Positions 14,282 through 27,364 of a stretch of 64,000 nucleotides of DNA are shown in pieces (positions within the stretch are counted from its first letter, which is position 1; every line of letters starts with the position of its first letter). The notes beneath the pieces are model-generated. The model made no database searches and was not told where the DNA came from. It saw nothing but the letters and a program-made list of their open reading frames with translations. The DNA is from the human T2T-CHM13v2.0 reference genome, Homo sapiens, in NCBI RefSeq assembly GCF_009914755.1, contig NC_060947.1; one strand, given 5' to 3'. The position numbers and the translations under genes are program-made.

Positions 14282-14908
14282 TCTTGGCAAATTCAAGGGA
14301 TGCTGAAACTGATTTCAATCTCTTTGGTTGAACACTCAATTAAGTAATTAATTGGGTTGCATTTGTTTTAGTTTGGTTTGTCTGTGGTTAAGTTTCTCAA
14401 CCTTACATTCAATTCTGCCTAAGATAAATGGTTGTGTGTTGTGACTCCACACTCAAGTTCTCTTAACAAACTCTACTCAAAGCTTCCTTAGGGGAAACAG
14501 GTGTATGTGATGTTCATACTCACCTCAAAGGCTTTGACTCTCATAAGCTATAATGGCCAGTGGATATCAGGTAGAGAATTAGAACAGGAGAAACTATTCT
14601 AACTCATTTATTAAAATGGTTTAGGAGATCATTCATTTATTCAATTAATTAATTAATAAAAGTGCTTACTAGAACACTTCAGAGACCCCTGAAAGCCATG
14701 AATTCTGGAAGGCAATATCATACCAATTAAGTGATACTCACAGAATTTAAGGAGACTCCATTAGCCTCCTGGCCTCATAGCCTTTGTTTGTTTTCATTTG
14801 GGTGGTCCTTGTTTCTCTCCACAGATTAGTACTTGATAATAGCAAGTATTATTGTTGTTGCTAGTACCAACATGAGAAAATCCAAATGGCTTTCCTATTC
14901 CTCTTTAG

Positions 14909-15057
14909 ATGGTGGATGGATCTCCAGCCAACAAATATTTTTTGGTGTAAGTGATGCCTTTGATGGATCTTTAAGTACTGCCTTGGGAGCTCAGCTCCAA
15001 GGAGCCTGTGTGTTTCTGTGTCACATGCCAATTTTCTGTCCCGAGACTGTTCTAAAT
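14909..15057 (+). pseudogene. ACSM6-like exon C (149 bp, frameshifted)
   Basis: ctttag|A TGG TGG ATG GAT CTC CAG CCA; WWMDLQPTNIFWC / frameshift / DAFDGSLSTALGAQLQGACVFLCHMPIFCPETVLN|gtaaga. Confidence 0.92.
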
Positions 15058-15285
15058 GTAAGACCAGGTCCTTGTTGTGGGACATGTGGGGCAGAGGCCA
15101 GAAAGAGGCATTAGCAATGGCTCAGTGGCTCATGCCCCAAATGGGGCAAATCAAGAATTAAATTCGGAATGTGATCTTGACTTAAAGATGCTCTCCCTAC
15201 TTCTGAGAGCAATGCCCCCTCACTTCTCTAGGGCCTTTGGAATTAGGAGGACTTGGCTACTTCAGTTGTAGCACTCAAAAGAAAG

Positions 15286-15588
15286 CTTTTTTTTTTTTTT
15301 TTTTTGAGACAGAGTCTTGCTCTGTCACCCAGGCTGGAGTGCAATGGCGTGATCTCAGCTCACTGCAACCTCCCGCTTCCCGGGTTCAAGCAATTCTCCT
15401 GCCTCAGCCTCCCGAGTAGCTGGGATTGCAGGTGCCCGCCACCACGCCCAGCTAATTTTTGTATTTTTACTAGAGACAGACTTTCACCATGTTGACCAGG
15501 CTGGTCTTGAACTCCTGACCTCCGGTGATCCACCCACCTTGGCCTCCCAAAGTGCTGGGGTTACAGGTGTGAGCCACCGTGCCTGGCC
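15286..15588 (-). mobile_element. AluSx-like
   Basis: Poly-T plus reverse Alu dimer; TSD AAAAGAAAGCTTTT / AAAAGAAAACTTTT. Confidence 0.95.
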
Positions 15589-15869
15589 TGAAAAGAAAAC
15601 TTTTAAAGGACAATAATGACATTGAAGAAGACAATATTAATATCAGTTACTATTCATTGACTATCCACTGGTACTTCATATGCATTATTTCATTTCATCT
15701 CTCCAACAACCCTGTAAGGGAAAAACTGGGGAAACTGAGTCTCATAGAAGATAAGTACCTAGTCCAAGGAATCACAGAGGTGGAATTAGACATTAAGCAA
15801 TCATGGTCTATTGGACTCCACAGCACAATCTCTAAACTGTTGTGCTAACCTCTTAAGTGCCTCCACAAT

Positions 15870-15956
15870 CCACAATTTTACTGGCAATATCCAGGCTTAT
15901 TATTCAAAGCAACAAAGATCAAAACAAGGCTTCTGGGATCCAGAAGTAAATGCCTC
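15870..15956 (+). repeat. Copy 2 of the ~87-bp dispersed direct repeat
   Basis: Matches 14195-14281; preceded by duplicated CCACAAT. Confidence 0.9.
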
Positions 15957-16192
15957 ATTGTGTATCTATTCAGATATCAGTGAATAACATGATAGCTGCT
16001 AGGTTCACACAGCTAAAGCTAAATTATCTCCCAAGGTCTGGAGGGTGAGGAATCACTAAATCTCCAAGACAAATGGCATGACCCAGCCGAGTCTCAAAGT
16101 TAGTGGCCTTCCCTGGACCTTCCCCCGCCACGGTCTCAACTGTCTTTCCTACTTAACATATAGATTTGGTTTTTTCTTCCTTGGGGTCCCAG

Positions 16193-16275
16193 GCTCTGTC
16201 CAGGTCTTCCGTCACCACTCTATCTGCAAATCCACTGATGTACCAGGAACTGCTTCAGCACAAGTGTTTCGCCAG
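16193..16275 (+). pseudogene. ACSM6-like exon D (83 bp)
   Basis: tcccag|ALSRSSVTTLSANPLMYQELLQHKCFA|gtaaga versus ACSM6 VLSRFPITTLSANPEMYQELLQHKCFT. Confidence 0.92.
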
Positions 16276-17304
16276 GTAAGAGATGATCTTTCAGGAGAGA
16301 GTCCATTTCCACTCACGGTATCATAAATAAGATTAGGAATCCTCAGTTTGTTGAAGTAGATCCAATCCTATCTTTCATTAACACACCTATCTTGTTGCCA
16401 TTTATGACAATAACTTCATTAGAGTGTGGGATTTTTTTATTCTCTTGTGACTTTTCAAAGCCGTATCTTCTGGCTCCACAGGAGTCCAGAATATAGAACT
16501 AAATTATAATCATAAGGTTGAGTTTGTTTAATCAATTTGTAATTACACCTCCCTTTAAAAAGATAAACATTAAAGACAAATACATTACCTATAAATAAGG
16601 TAAATATTAAAAACAAAGACCACCTTCCTTATTGGATATAAATCCTTTTAGGCCTTTTAAAAATAAATTTATATTTATCTACCCATCTTCATTGCAATAT
16701 ACTGAAATATTGGGATGGGATTATATAGAAGGTATCATACTATGTATATCATAGTAAAACCTGCATTTTCACTCCACACTGTTCCTTAGAGCTCTATTTA
16801 TGATAATATGTGTAATATATTTTAATCGTTGCATAGTATTCCTTAGTATGAATGAATTATATGTTAATGAGCCCCAAGTACCTATCAAGGATACTCGAAT
16901 CTTTTCCAAGCTGCTGAAATAAGGATCTTTGCACATATCCTAGAATTCTCTAGAGTAACCACTGAGAAGTGGAACTGCCAATGTTTTGTGGAGTCTGGGT
17001 GATGCCCAGATTAATCATCACTAAAGATTAATGAGAAAGCACAGGTTCCAAAGCATTGTATCATGCCTTAGAGTTTGCTAAATAATTATTTAACTCTAAA
17101 TTTTACTTTAGCTGTGTGAGCAAGGACATATACTCTCTGAAGGGAGCATTTGTGGGAGGAAAGAATAGCAACGTATTAAATTATGATGACATAAATGCCT
17201 AGTTCATTGGCATTTTATGGAGCAATTAAAAATAATTAAGTTAAAATACAGTATATCTTTATTCATCAACATGCCATCCCATATAAAATGTTCAGATTCT
17301 TTCT

Positions 17305-17557
17305 TTCTTTTTTTTGAGACAGGGACCTGCTCTGTTGCCCAGGCTGCTGAGGTGCTCAAGGGATCCTCCCATCTCAGCCTCCCAAGTAACTGGGACTACA
17401 GGCACATGCCACCACACCTGGATGTTTTTTGTTTTCATTTTTTCTAGAGACCTGGCCTCACTATGTTGCCTGGTCTTGAACTCCTGGGCTCAAGCAAGTC
17501 TCCCACCTCTGCTTCCCAAAATGCTGGGATTACAGTCATGAACTACTGTGCCCAGAC
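17305..17557 (-). mobile_element. AluJ, internally deleted
   Basis: TTTGAGACAGGG...GCTCAAGGGATCCTCCC...CTCCTGGGCTCAAGC, AluJ-type diagnostics. Confidence 0.85.
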
Positions 17558-18414
17558 AGATTATTTCTTATACTCTTGATAGAAAAGGACTTAAAATTTT
17601 ACAAATAGTCAACTCTCACTTGTACCCTTAAATTAATAATAAAAAGGCAATGATAAAATGGTGCCTTTGGAATTAACTCAGAAACAGTTCTCCAATTCTG
17701 ATCTTTCTTAGTCTCAAGACCTAACTCGGTGGGCAGGTCAGGTATTATCTAATACAGATGAGCTACCACATAACAATTAATTGACACTCTTGTGTTCAAA
17801 ATACATAGTCATTCTATCTCTATCTGAGACCATGAAGAGGTTTGCTCTAATCATCTTCCCACACTGGACCCTTCTACCATCACCAAAATAAAATACACAT
17901 AAAATGAATTGTGGGTTTATAAAAAGTGTTCGCTACTATTTATCTATGTCTGGGGCCCTATGGAAACTTCTCATAATATCCAGAGACTTTCAGCCCAGTT
18001 TGTAAAATTGGTGGCTGTCTCTCCATCCCCAGACTTCAGAAAATTAGTTCCTTCTTTACCTTACCATTGCTGACACATTCTTCATGCACAGGTAAGGTTT
18101 TTGGGGTGATAATAGAACTCAGAAGGGTTTCTACAGAAGGCTGGCTTCCTACCATCAGTTAATACTTACTTACTTTTAGCATTAATACTTCTTGTCCAGA
18201 AGAGTAAATGAATCTTCATAGAGACTGATGTAACTGAGATGTCTGAATAGATTATCTAAAAGACTAGTAATAAGAACATAAACTACCACTTAATGAGTAC
18301 CTCCTATATGTTTGGCAATATCTGTATCATTTTTGCAAGTTTCTTTCTCACAACAGACCTGTTATTGGTAGAAATATTCACTAAGGCTAAGAACAACTTT
18401 TGATGCCTCTCCAG

Positions 18415-18538
18415 CTACAGATTCAAGAGTCTGAAGCTTTGTGTGTCTGTAGGAGGATCCATCAGCCCTGGGGTGATTGAGGACTGGAAACACATCACTA
18501 AATTGAACATCTATGAAGGCTATGGGAAGACAGCAACT
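18415..18538 (+). pseudogene. ACSM6-like exon E (124 bp)
   Basis: ctccag|C YRFKSLKLCVSVGGSISPGVIEDWKHITKLNIYEGYGKTAT|gtaggt versus ACSM6 YRFKSLKQCVAAGGPISPGVIEDWKRITKLDIYEGYGQTET. Confidence 0.92.
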
Positions 18539-19251
18539 GTAGGTTGATGCTGATTCACCATTCAGCCAGAAACCAAACTTGTCCATTCACTGTGTAAGCA
18601 CATTGTCAAATCACTAGCACACACTAGAAATGCAGAACTGGATATGAAGCACGGGAAAAGGAATTGCTTTAATCTAAAGGGACCCCCCTTCCATTGCAAG
18701 ACAAAGAATTACAAGTACAGATAACTTATAAACTTACAGATTTCACAGCAGGAAGTTGAGCTAGTTTCCACCTGACAATTCCTGTTTACTCTGTGAAGTA
18801 TGAGGCAATGTCACCTGACGAGAATGTGAAAATGATGTGATAGAATTCTGAGTGGAGGATGTTTAAAATGATCATTGCTGAATATGGAAGAAAGAGCAGA
18901 TTGCGAAAATAAAGGAGAAATGGGTAATTATAAGATCACATTTGAGGTTGCTGAGCATTCATTTTCAAAGTCACTAATCTATGTAGTTATGTGATTTTCT
19001 CCAATATCACTCTAAAATACAGATATAAGCATAGTGAAAGTAAACAGTTGGATTGAAGCAGGATTAAAGTTGTGCCAAGAAGATCCAATAAAAGGGCAGT
19101 GGGCAAGGGATCTAGTGATATTGGAAAGAAAATAGTTAAGATGAAAGACTAAGAAACTAAGCTGACTGGGGAAGGAAGAGAATTCAAGAAAAGGCAGATA
19201 AGTTGTGTGAAGGCAAAGCACTGGGGATGTCAATGGAGCTGGAATGACTGA

Positions 19252-19952
19252 AGGTAGTTGTTTTAGGCTGCTGTAACAAAATATCATAGATTGGGTGGCT
19301 TAAACAACCAAAATTTATTTTACTCACAGTTGTAGATGCTGGATGTCCAAGATCAGAGTGCCAGCATGGTCAGGTTCTGGGGAGGGCCCTCTTCTGAGTT
19401 GCAGACTATTAACCTCTGGTGGTATTCTCACATGACAGAGAAAGAGAGAGAGAGAGCAAAAAGTCTCTTTCTCTGTTTTGTTGTTGTTACTTTTTTTTTT
19501 TCTTAAGAGTTAGGGTCTTGCTCTATTGCCTAAACTGGAGTGCAGTGATGCAGTCATAGCTCCCTACAGCCTCAAACTCCTGGGCTCAAGTGATTCTCCA
19601 ACCTCAGCCTCCCAAGCAGCTGGGACTACAGGTACACACCACCACACTTGGCTAATTATTTATATATTTTTTAGTAGAGACAGGGTCTTACTATGTTGCC
19701 CAGGCTGGTCTCAAACTCCTGGCCTCAAGTGATCCTCCTGCCTCAGCCTCCCAGAGTATTTAGGACAGGCACGAGTCACCGTGCCCAGTGTCTCTTCTTA
19801 TGAGGGCAGGAATCCCATCATGAGGGCATCACTCACATGACCTCATCTAAACCCAATTACCTCCCAAAAGCCCCATCTCAAAATACCATTACAGTGAGGA
19901 GAAGGGCTTTAGCACATGGATTTGGGAGAGATACAATTTAGTCCATAGCAGC
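19252..19952 (-). mobile_element. MLT1-type solo LTR (Alu-interrupted) inside L2 sequence
   Basis: GGCTGCTGTAACAAAATATCATAGATTGGGTGGCTTAAACAAC...TTTAGTCCATAGCA. Confidence 0.8.
19491..19787 (-). mobile_element. AluJ
   Basis: Reverse Alu with CTCCTGGGCTCAAGTGAT and CTATGTTGCCCAGGCTGG. Confidence 0.9.
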
Positions 19953-21404
19953 AGTGGTCAAACAGTGAGATACATAGACTTAAGATTTCAGAGGTAGAAC
20001 ATTTGCAGGTGATGCTAACACAAGAGTATAGCCACAGGTGGATTAAGTGTCATGACACTCCCTAGAGATCAGGGTCAATAAATGAAGAGACCAGAGGGTA
20101 GAACTTGTCATTCATATAGATGTAGGAGGCACTCAGGATGATGGTGGGACGTGGAGTAAAGGAAAGATCATGAACCTCGTGATGAAGGCTTTAATGGATA
20201 AGGAATGACTGGGAGATTGGTAAATTATAGCAACCAGGAGTAGTAGAGGGTGGTAAAGGTAAGTGGTGTGAGTCTTAGAAAGACAGGGGCATTGTACATA
20301 GGGTCAGAAAAGTAATGGTTAGGAGTAATCATCTCTTATGTTTTAAAATATTAGACAAAATGTGAGACTGGTGATATTTTGACTAGAAGTCACATGACCT
20401 AGATTCTAACACAACTCTGCTACAGAACAACTGAAGGAGTCGTAAGAGGGCCCTCTGTCTTTCTCTGTGCCTGGTTTCTGATTCATTCATTCACTCACCC
20501 ATTCCATGAACACTTACGGAAAGCCCACACTCTCCTAAGCATGGGGACATCGTGATAAGCAAAGCCACAACAACCTTCACAGGGCTGTAGAGTAGCAGAG
20601 CAGATTTAATCAAAGAATTGTGTAGTAGAAGTATAGCCAATACCAGAAATAAGTGATCTGAAGTGAAGGACCAGAACTCATTGAAGGTATATTACAAAGA
20701 ACCTAACTTCTTTTACGGAATTAAGAAAATCTTCCCTAAGAAATTCCTGTTCTGAGAGCTGAAGGATAAATAAGGGTTCACCAGGTAGGGGACGGGGCAT
20801 CTTGGGTGGAAGAGATCAGGTTGCACTAGAGAAACCCTCTGAGGGTTCATGCACAGACTACAGAGGGTCAGGGGGCTGGGATGCAGGAGTCACTGGAGAG
20901 GTGGGGACCATCCAGACCTTCCAAGTCCTTTAGAGCCAATACAGCTCATGGTCACCCAATGTTCGTCCTACCTTCTCTCTCATGATAAGACAATAAGCTG
21001 AATGTGCAATGAATCAGTCAAGGTAGAAAAGCTAAACAAGTTGCCAAGGTCACACAGCTACTTGCTTTAAAATATTTTAAGTGAGATATGATTCATATAT
21101 TATAAAATTCACCATTTTAAGTATATACCTGAGTGGTTTTTAGTATATTTGTAAGGTTCCAAAACCATCAATAGAAGCCCTTGTTTTTAGGCCCTACTTA
21201 CTTTGGCCTCTTTTAACCTCCAGAAGAGATCATTTACATATATATATATATAATTTTACATTTTAAATATATATTGTTTAATATTTTATATCTATTAAGT
21301 ATATTATATATTGTTTAATATTTTATATTTATTAAATATATATAATACATATAATATTTATGTGTTTAAGTGTGGCAAAACATTCACACAATAAAGCGCA
21401 TGAC

Positions 21405-22041
21405 TTTTTTTTTCTTCAACTTTTATTTTAAGTTCAGAAGTACATGTGCAGGATGTGCAGGTTCATTACATAGGTAAACTTGTGCCATGGTGATTTGCTG
21501 CACGGATCATCCCATCACCTAGGTATTAAGCCTGGCATCCATTAGCTATTCTTCCTGATGCTCTCTCGCCTGCCACACCTTCCTCTGACAGCCTCTACTG
21601 TGTGTTGTTCCCTCCCATGTGTCCATGTGTTCTCGTCACTCAGCTCCCACTTATAAGTGAGAATATGTAGTGTTTGGTTTTCTGTTCCTTCATTAGTTTG
21701 CTGAGGATAATGTCTTCCAGCTCCATCCATGTCCCTGCAAAGGGCATGATCTCATTCCTTTTAATGGCTACATGGTGTATATGTACAACATTTTCTTTAT
21801 CCAGTCTGTCATTGATGGTGCTTAGGTTGATTCCATGTCTTTGCTATTGTGAATAGTGCTGCAATGAACATACACATGCATGTATCTTTATAACAGAATG
21901 ATTTAAATTCCTTTGGGTATACACCCAGTAGCGAGATTGCTGGATCAAATGGTATTTCTGTCTCTAGGTCTTTGAGGAATTGTCACACTGTCTTCCACAA
22001 TGGTTGAACTAACTTACACTCCCACCAACAGTGTAAAAGTG
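21405..22041 (-). mobile_element. Mid-age L1PA (about PA8-13) 3' end, 5' truncated
   Basis: Poly-T, GTACATGTGCAGGATGTGCAGG, CTCCCACTTATAAGTGAGAA; ends at CCAACAGTGTAAAAGTG; no matching TSD found. Confidence 0.85.
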
Positions 22042-22391
22042 GACCTAAACTATACCCTACAATAAATGGACTTAACAGATATTTACAGAACATTCTACCC
22101 AACAGCTGCAGAATATACATTCTATTCATCAGAACATGGAACATTCTCCAAGATAGACCATATGATAGGCCACAAAACAAGTCTCAGTAAATTTAAGAAA
22201 ATCGAAATTATATAAAATACTCTCTCAGACCACAGTGGAATGAAATTAGAAATGAACTATAAAAGGAACCCTCAAAACCACAGAAATACATGGAAATTAA
22301 ATAACCTGCTCCCGAATGATCATTGGGTCAAAAATGAAATCAAGATGGAAATTAAAAAATTCTTTGAACAATAATAGTGATACAACCTATC
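22040..22391 (+). mobile_element. L1PB-like endonuclease-domain fragment
   Basis: GGACTTAACAGATATTTACAGAACATTCTACCCAACA...CAAGATAGACCATATGATAGGCCACAAAAC. Confidence 0.8.
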
Positions 22392-24756
22392 CCCTCACCT
22401 GGGCCTTTGCTCCCTGCTCTCTCTTTCTCTGCTTCTCTCTGCTTCCTCCTTTTCCCCTCCTTTCTCTCTCTCTGCCCTTCCCGCTACCCCCTTTCTCTTC
22501 CCCACCCCCATTCTCTCTCTGCCTGTTCCTTTCTCTTACAAACCTCACCCCCTACACTCTGTGTTCCTTTCCAGCCCTGTTCAGAGGGAGCCTCTCACGA
22601 CTGACCTCTGCACATCCCACAATTTGAAAATTATAGAAAGATGGTGAGGGGGACACAAAACTTATTGAGAAATGTCTGCTCTCCGCTCAGCTTCTGTCAG
22701 ACCTACCTGCATTTGGTGCTACTAGGGGCAGCTGGTTCAGTGGGGATAGGGCTCTGACAAACCCTGAGCTTCTGCAGGGTCTCATCACTGGCTCCACAGC
22801 CACTGCTGGTCCCTCTTCTATTCCCTATTAAGATAAATCAGCCACCTCATGGGGATACATTCCTGTCCATCTTATCACAAGGAACCCCTGTGACTGGCAG
22901 GCATCAGGTGCCCAATGACTATTTCTAAAATGAATGAGCACAATCTCCACTCATGGCTTGATGCGGGACATTTCCCCACCCCAGAAAGCCCCCTTGGGGC
23001 CCTCCCAGTCGACACTACCCAAAGGGCAACCCTGCTTCTGCAGCCAGCACTGCAATATCTGCCTGGGTTTGAACAGTGTATGAGGAATCATACCTGGTAC
23101 ACCGGGGGGTCATCTGGTCCTCCAGAAAACAGACGCCCAAACAGATAGGACTGCAAACCTTTATTAGGGGAAACACTACAGAAGATTAGAGACAGATGAG
23201 GCAGCACTGGGCAGGCAGCGTAAAATGTATTGGATACTTTTCCAAGTTATGTAGGAGCCACAGCATGGCTGTCACAGCTCAGGGGCCTCTTCAAATTTCA
23301 GCTTGTCCTTTAAAGCAAAAAAAAAAAAAAAATTATTTCCATGTGATCTTCTTTTGTCTTATATACACTTTGTCTTCTATAAAATATCTGTGCCCCTGAT
23401 AAATACTTCTGTGTGTGGCTGCATCTGTGTCTATATGCCATGGAAAGCAATTATCTATGGGTCTCAGGTATAGGTCTTACAGTTTAACTGTGTACACATT
23501 CTTATAATTATCTTTTCTTTTATCTGGTAGAATCTGAATTTTAATCGTGGAGACAGGGGCTTTGCCTTATCTTTTGAAACAGGGATTGGAAATCTCTGGG
23601 CCTGAGCTATTACAGCCTATGGTTTATCTAATGAACTTCAATGAACATCTTTTGATGATCTTCTGAGTGGGAATATTTTCATTTAAACAGTGAGGGGGTG
23701 AGTGTCTAACATCTGTCAGCTATTTTGGAAAATGCTTCCTTTATGGGCTTGGTCTCTTTGTCCTCACAATGACCTCATAAACCACATCATCCCCAGCTCA
23801 TTTATAAGAAAGCTGAGGCCCTGAGCTCCACTGAAAGTTGGTATCTGGGCTCAGACAGCAGGGACAGAGGGAAGGGTGACAATTTTGCATGACAATGTTG
23901 GAGATGCAAAGCTGGGAGTCAGAGGTGAGAAGCAGAGGGTGCCAGGAATGAGCTGAGACCCGACCTGCCAGGGCAGCTCAGGATTGGCCTTCAGTTCCCC
24001 AGCAGAGTCGGTTTCATTCTGAAGGCCAAGGCCGCAGCTCCACTGAACCACTGTTAGTCTCCTTGAGCCATAATAAACTCAGGCAGATAGGGTCCCCTTA
24101 TAGAACCAAGTTAAATTTCCCAGACCTCTAGGCATTCATTCACCCTGATCCAGAGCCTTCACACATCCAGGGAAAGAATCATCCTTCCCGCAGATAATGG
24201 ACTAAAGGCTTTAGGGCAACAAGCAACTTCTGGGAAAGATAATTCTCTTGTCTACACTGTGCCATCTGAGCTCTCCCATAGTGGCTCTGTTGTGGCCCTC
24301 ACGCAGCCGCCACGCTCCTGCTCACACTGCTTGCGCCTGCCAGAAGTGGCCTTCCAGCTCCACCTAAGTGAGTTCAACAAACCCCCATGTGACATCTCCC
24401 AACTTTATCTCTCTTCCATGCCCTCCTCTTTATTCCCAGGAGAATCTGTCTTCCTCTTTTGCATTCTGGGGCCCTTCACTCGTGCTTCCATTATGGATGG
24501 TCACAAGATCCCTGCCCTTTGGTGTGTGTCTCTCTGCTGTAGGACATAGGAAGCGCTGCAGGTCAAGGGTGCGTCTCATCCCTCACAGAGCTGGCCACAT
24601 GGTCCAGGTTCCATACATGCCTGCAAAATTGGTATTTATGGCTTCTATAAGCAATCTCTTTCCTCATCTACAAGAGATACCTGCTGCCTTGCTTGTGATG
24701 GGGAGATGATGCAACCCACTTTGTGCCCTCAGAAACTTGAGAAAAGTAACCACATC

Positions 24757-25066
<310 letters not shown>

Positions 25067-25207
25067 TAGCCATGTCCCCAGCCAGTGTTACCCTCGTATT
25101 GCAAAGTCCTGCAGTACCATCTGTGACATTTCTTTCTACTCATTCAATGAGGAGAAAAAAGATGAATCCGCTTTAAAAGTCAGTCCATACTTTTCAGATC
25201 AACATAC

Positions 25208-25360
25208 CAAGTGGTGTGCATGGAGGCAGTGGTCGTGTTCCCAGAGGCCACCCAGGCAGAGGAGGTGTCTGGCAGCCCACAAATGGTCCTGAAGAGCCAG
25301 CCATGCAGTAGAGCAAGTAGGGCAATCCTGAAAAAGGGGCCCTCCCAAAGCCATATTGAC
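25208..25360 (-). pseudogene. MIA3-like exon (proline-rich domain, frameshifted)
   Basis: ctgcag|VNMALGGPLF / shift / GLPYLLYCMAGSSGPFVGCQTPPLPGWPLGTRPLPPCTPL|gtatgt versus MIA3 [24 protein letters not shown]...GPRPLPPPF. Confidence 0.8.
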
Positions 25361-27110
25361 CTGCAGAGCAGAAGGAAGAAAAGTTTCAAAATGCATTAAT
25401 ATGATGGACAAAAACACCAACACCAACACCAACCCCATGCAGCAGGTGACAGTCCCTGGCACCTTTCTTTCCTCCAGATTTCAAAATAGCAGTGTCAGTG
25501 CCAAAAAATCTCCCTTCTACTGAGTCCTGAGGACAGCTGGGGTGTGAAGGGAAGCCATGAGGATAACCTGCTGTCACCACATGCCACTGTGTCTGTCTGC
25601 AAATGCAGGCACTCTGGGTCCTGTTCCAGGGAAGACAGAGCCATTACACAGTAATAAAAAAGCATATTCCAGACACATGAGTGTCCAGCCCAGGTATACT
25701 CCCATCCCTCCCTCACCACCATCACTGAAGTTGGTTCCTTGCATATGATGAACAGAAAGAAAAGGAGGAATGAAAAGTCCATTATTCATACAAGAATCAC
25801 AGCTACTCTTGGGAGAACTTTGTATAGGCCTTTTATGTCCTATCTCTGATTCTCAGAATGCTGCAAGGTCAGTGTGGCCACTCTGCACTAAATCGAAAGA
25901 AAGAGGATCCCAGAGGAAGGAGAGAATTTACCCAGGGTCACACAGCTTGCAAGAGGCAGAGTGGAAATTGATCCCATCTCTACCTGTAAGACCCTCTTGT
26001 CCCCCTCTGCCTCCCTTCCTGACAAAGGGTCTTCTCTACTCTGGAGGTACAACCTGTGGGCACAAAAAGCTCTGGGGAGATATGAATTACTGAGGTCCTG
26101 CAGGGGAACTGGGAAAGGATTTTCTGATAGAACAATCTAATCTATAGAAGTCAGTTAGGCACAGCTATAATATTTATTTTAACTCACAGGTATTACCAAA
26201 TTTTAAATGCACTATGACATAAAGAACAATTTTGTCCATGGAAAAATGAGATGGGAGTTCTAAATAACAGAATTAAAACAACCGTGACTTAATTTCAAGT
26301 GCAGAAATCCTGTCATGTGTGATCGGAGGACTCACCAGCTGTGAAAGCTACAGGGACCACATGAGAAACAGCTTAGCTGACCATAATTTAAGGCCTTTGT
26401 TGGGAATTGTCCTTGTAGGTAATTAGTGACTTTCACTCTTCACTATCTCACATCCAGTGTACATTTTCTATTACAAATATAAAACCTCTGACAACTAGAA
26501 TGTTCGATCAAGGGCACCACTGGATGGAGACGGGGCATTTTTGCATAGCAAAGTTGCCAAGAGAGATGGGACAGTGATGAATTATGGAATTTGCTTTGTC
26601 AAAGAGCATTCAGAATTGCACAAAACACATATTAATACTGGATGAATGAGTTTTCATATTTTTCACTTATGGGGGTTACAGCAGATATTCTAAAAGTTAG
26701 TCACCTACCCCATAGAATTAAATAACAGCAACAAAATATCCCCATATATTTGGGGAGGGGACCCAGCAACATCTTGAGTAAAAAGGATCAGTCAGGGTCT
26801 ACTGGGCCATGAGACCGATAGCAGTGGAGTTAAGTGGCATCTTCTCATGTTATTTCTGGAAATAGAACAGTTAAAGCTCTTCAGCCTTTGGCCCTTAAGC
26901 ATTTATGGTCTCTGGAAGTGCCACCAAAGATGACCAGCTGGGAATGGAGAAGACTGAAGCCTCGTGGAGAATATTTTGCTTTTTAAAAAGTAAAGAGACA
27001 GAAAAGTTACCACAGAACACACAAACCAGAGACAAGGCCAGGAGAGGGTGCTATATGAAAAGACAAAAGTGTCCTGAAATAGGCACAGTGAAAATGACCA
27101 CAGCATTTAC

Positions 27111-27181
27111 CTTTATCTCCTCTGTGCTCTCAGTTGGGATGCAGCTGCTGTTCCTCATGGGAACTAAATAAGGTCCTGAAT
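27111..27181 (-). pseudogene. MIA3-like exon
   Basis: tagcag|DSGPYLVPMRNSSCIPTESTEEIK|gtaaat versus [27 protein letters not shown]. Confidence 0.7.
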
Positions 27182-27301
27182 CTGCTAAGGGCCAGAGAAG
27201 GGATCGGGGCTTATTCTGGCTTGCATGTTCTTTGCAGAATAAGAATCCCTCCATGTCCACCTCTGCCATGTCACTGTCTTTGTCACAGTCAGGTCCCTTA
27301 C

Positions 27302-27364
27302 CAGAGTTACAGACTTTATTAACCAGATGCCACAGAGGACCCTGGAACTCTCTGGACCCTTGTC
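27302..27364 (-). pseudogene. Probable MIA3-like exon
   Basis: ctcaag|...|gtaagg at the expected position; only weak similarity (PGSSVASG versus PRWSAEASG). Confidence 0.5.

Noticed and set aside
21235-21362. AT-rich stretch with repeated TATATTGTTTAATATTTTATAT
   Set aside because: Ordinary low-complexity slippage; not a CRISPR-like array.
22400-22560. Polypyrimidine tract giving Pro/Leu/Ser-rich ORFs
   Set aside because: Low-complexity CT sequence with no coding signal.
25567-25620. Possible extra exon (gaacag|GACCCAGAG...CAGCAG|gttatc) at the position of an alternative MIA3 exon
   Set aside because: Weak donor and only a QDPE-like hint of similarity; not supportable.
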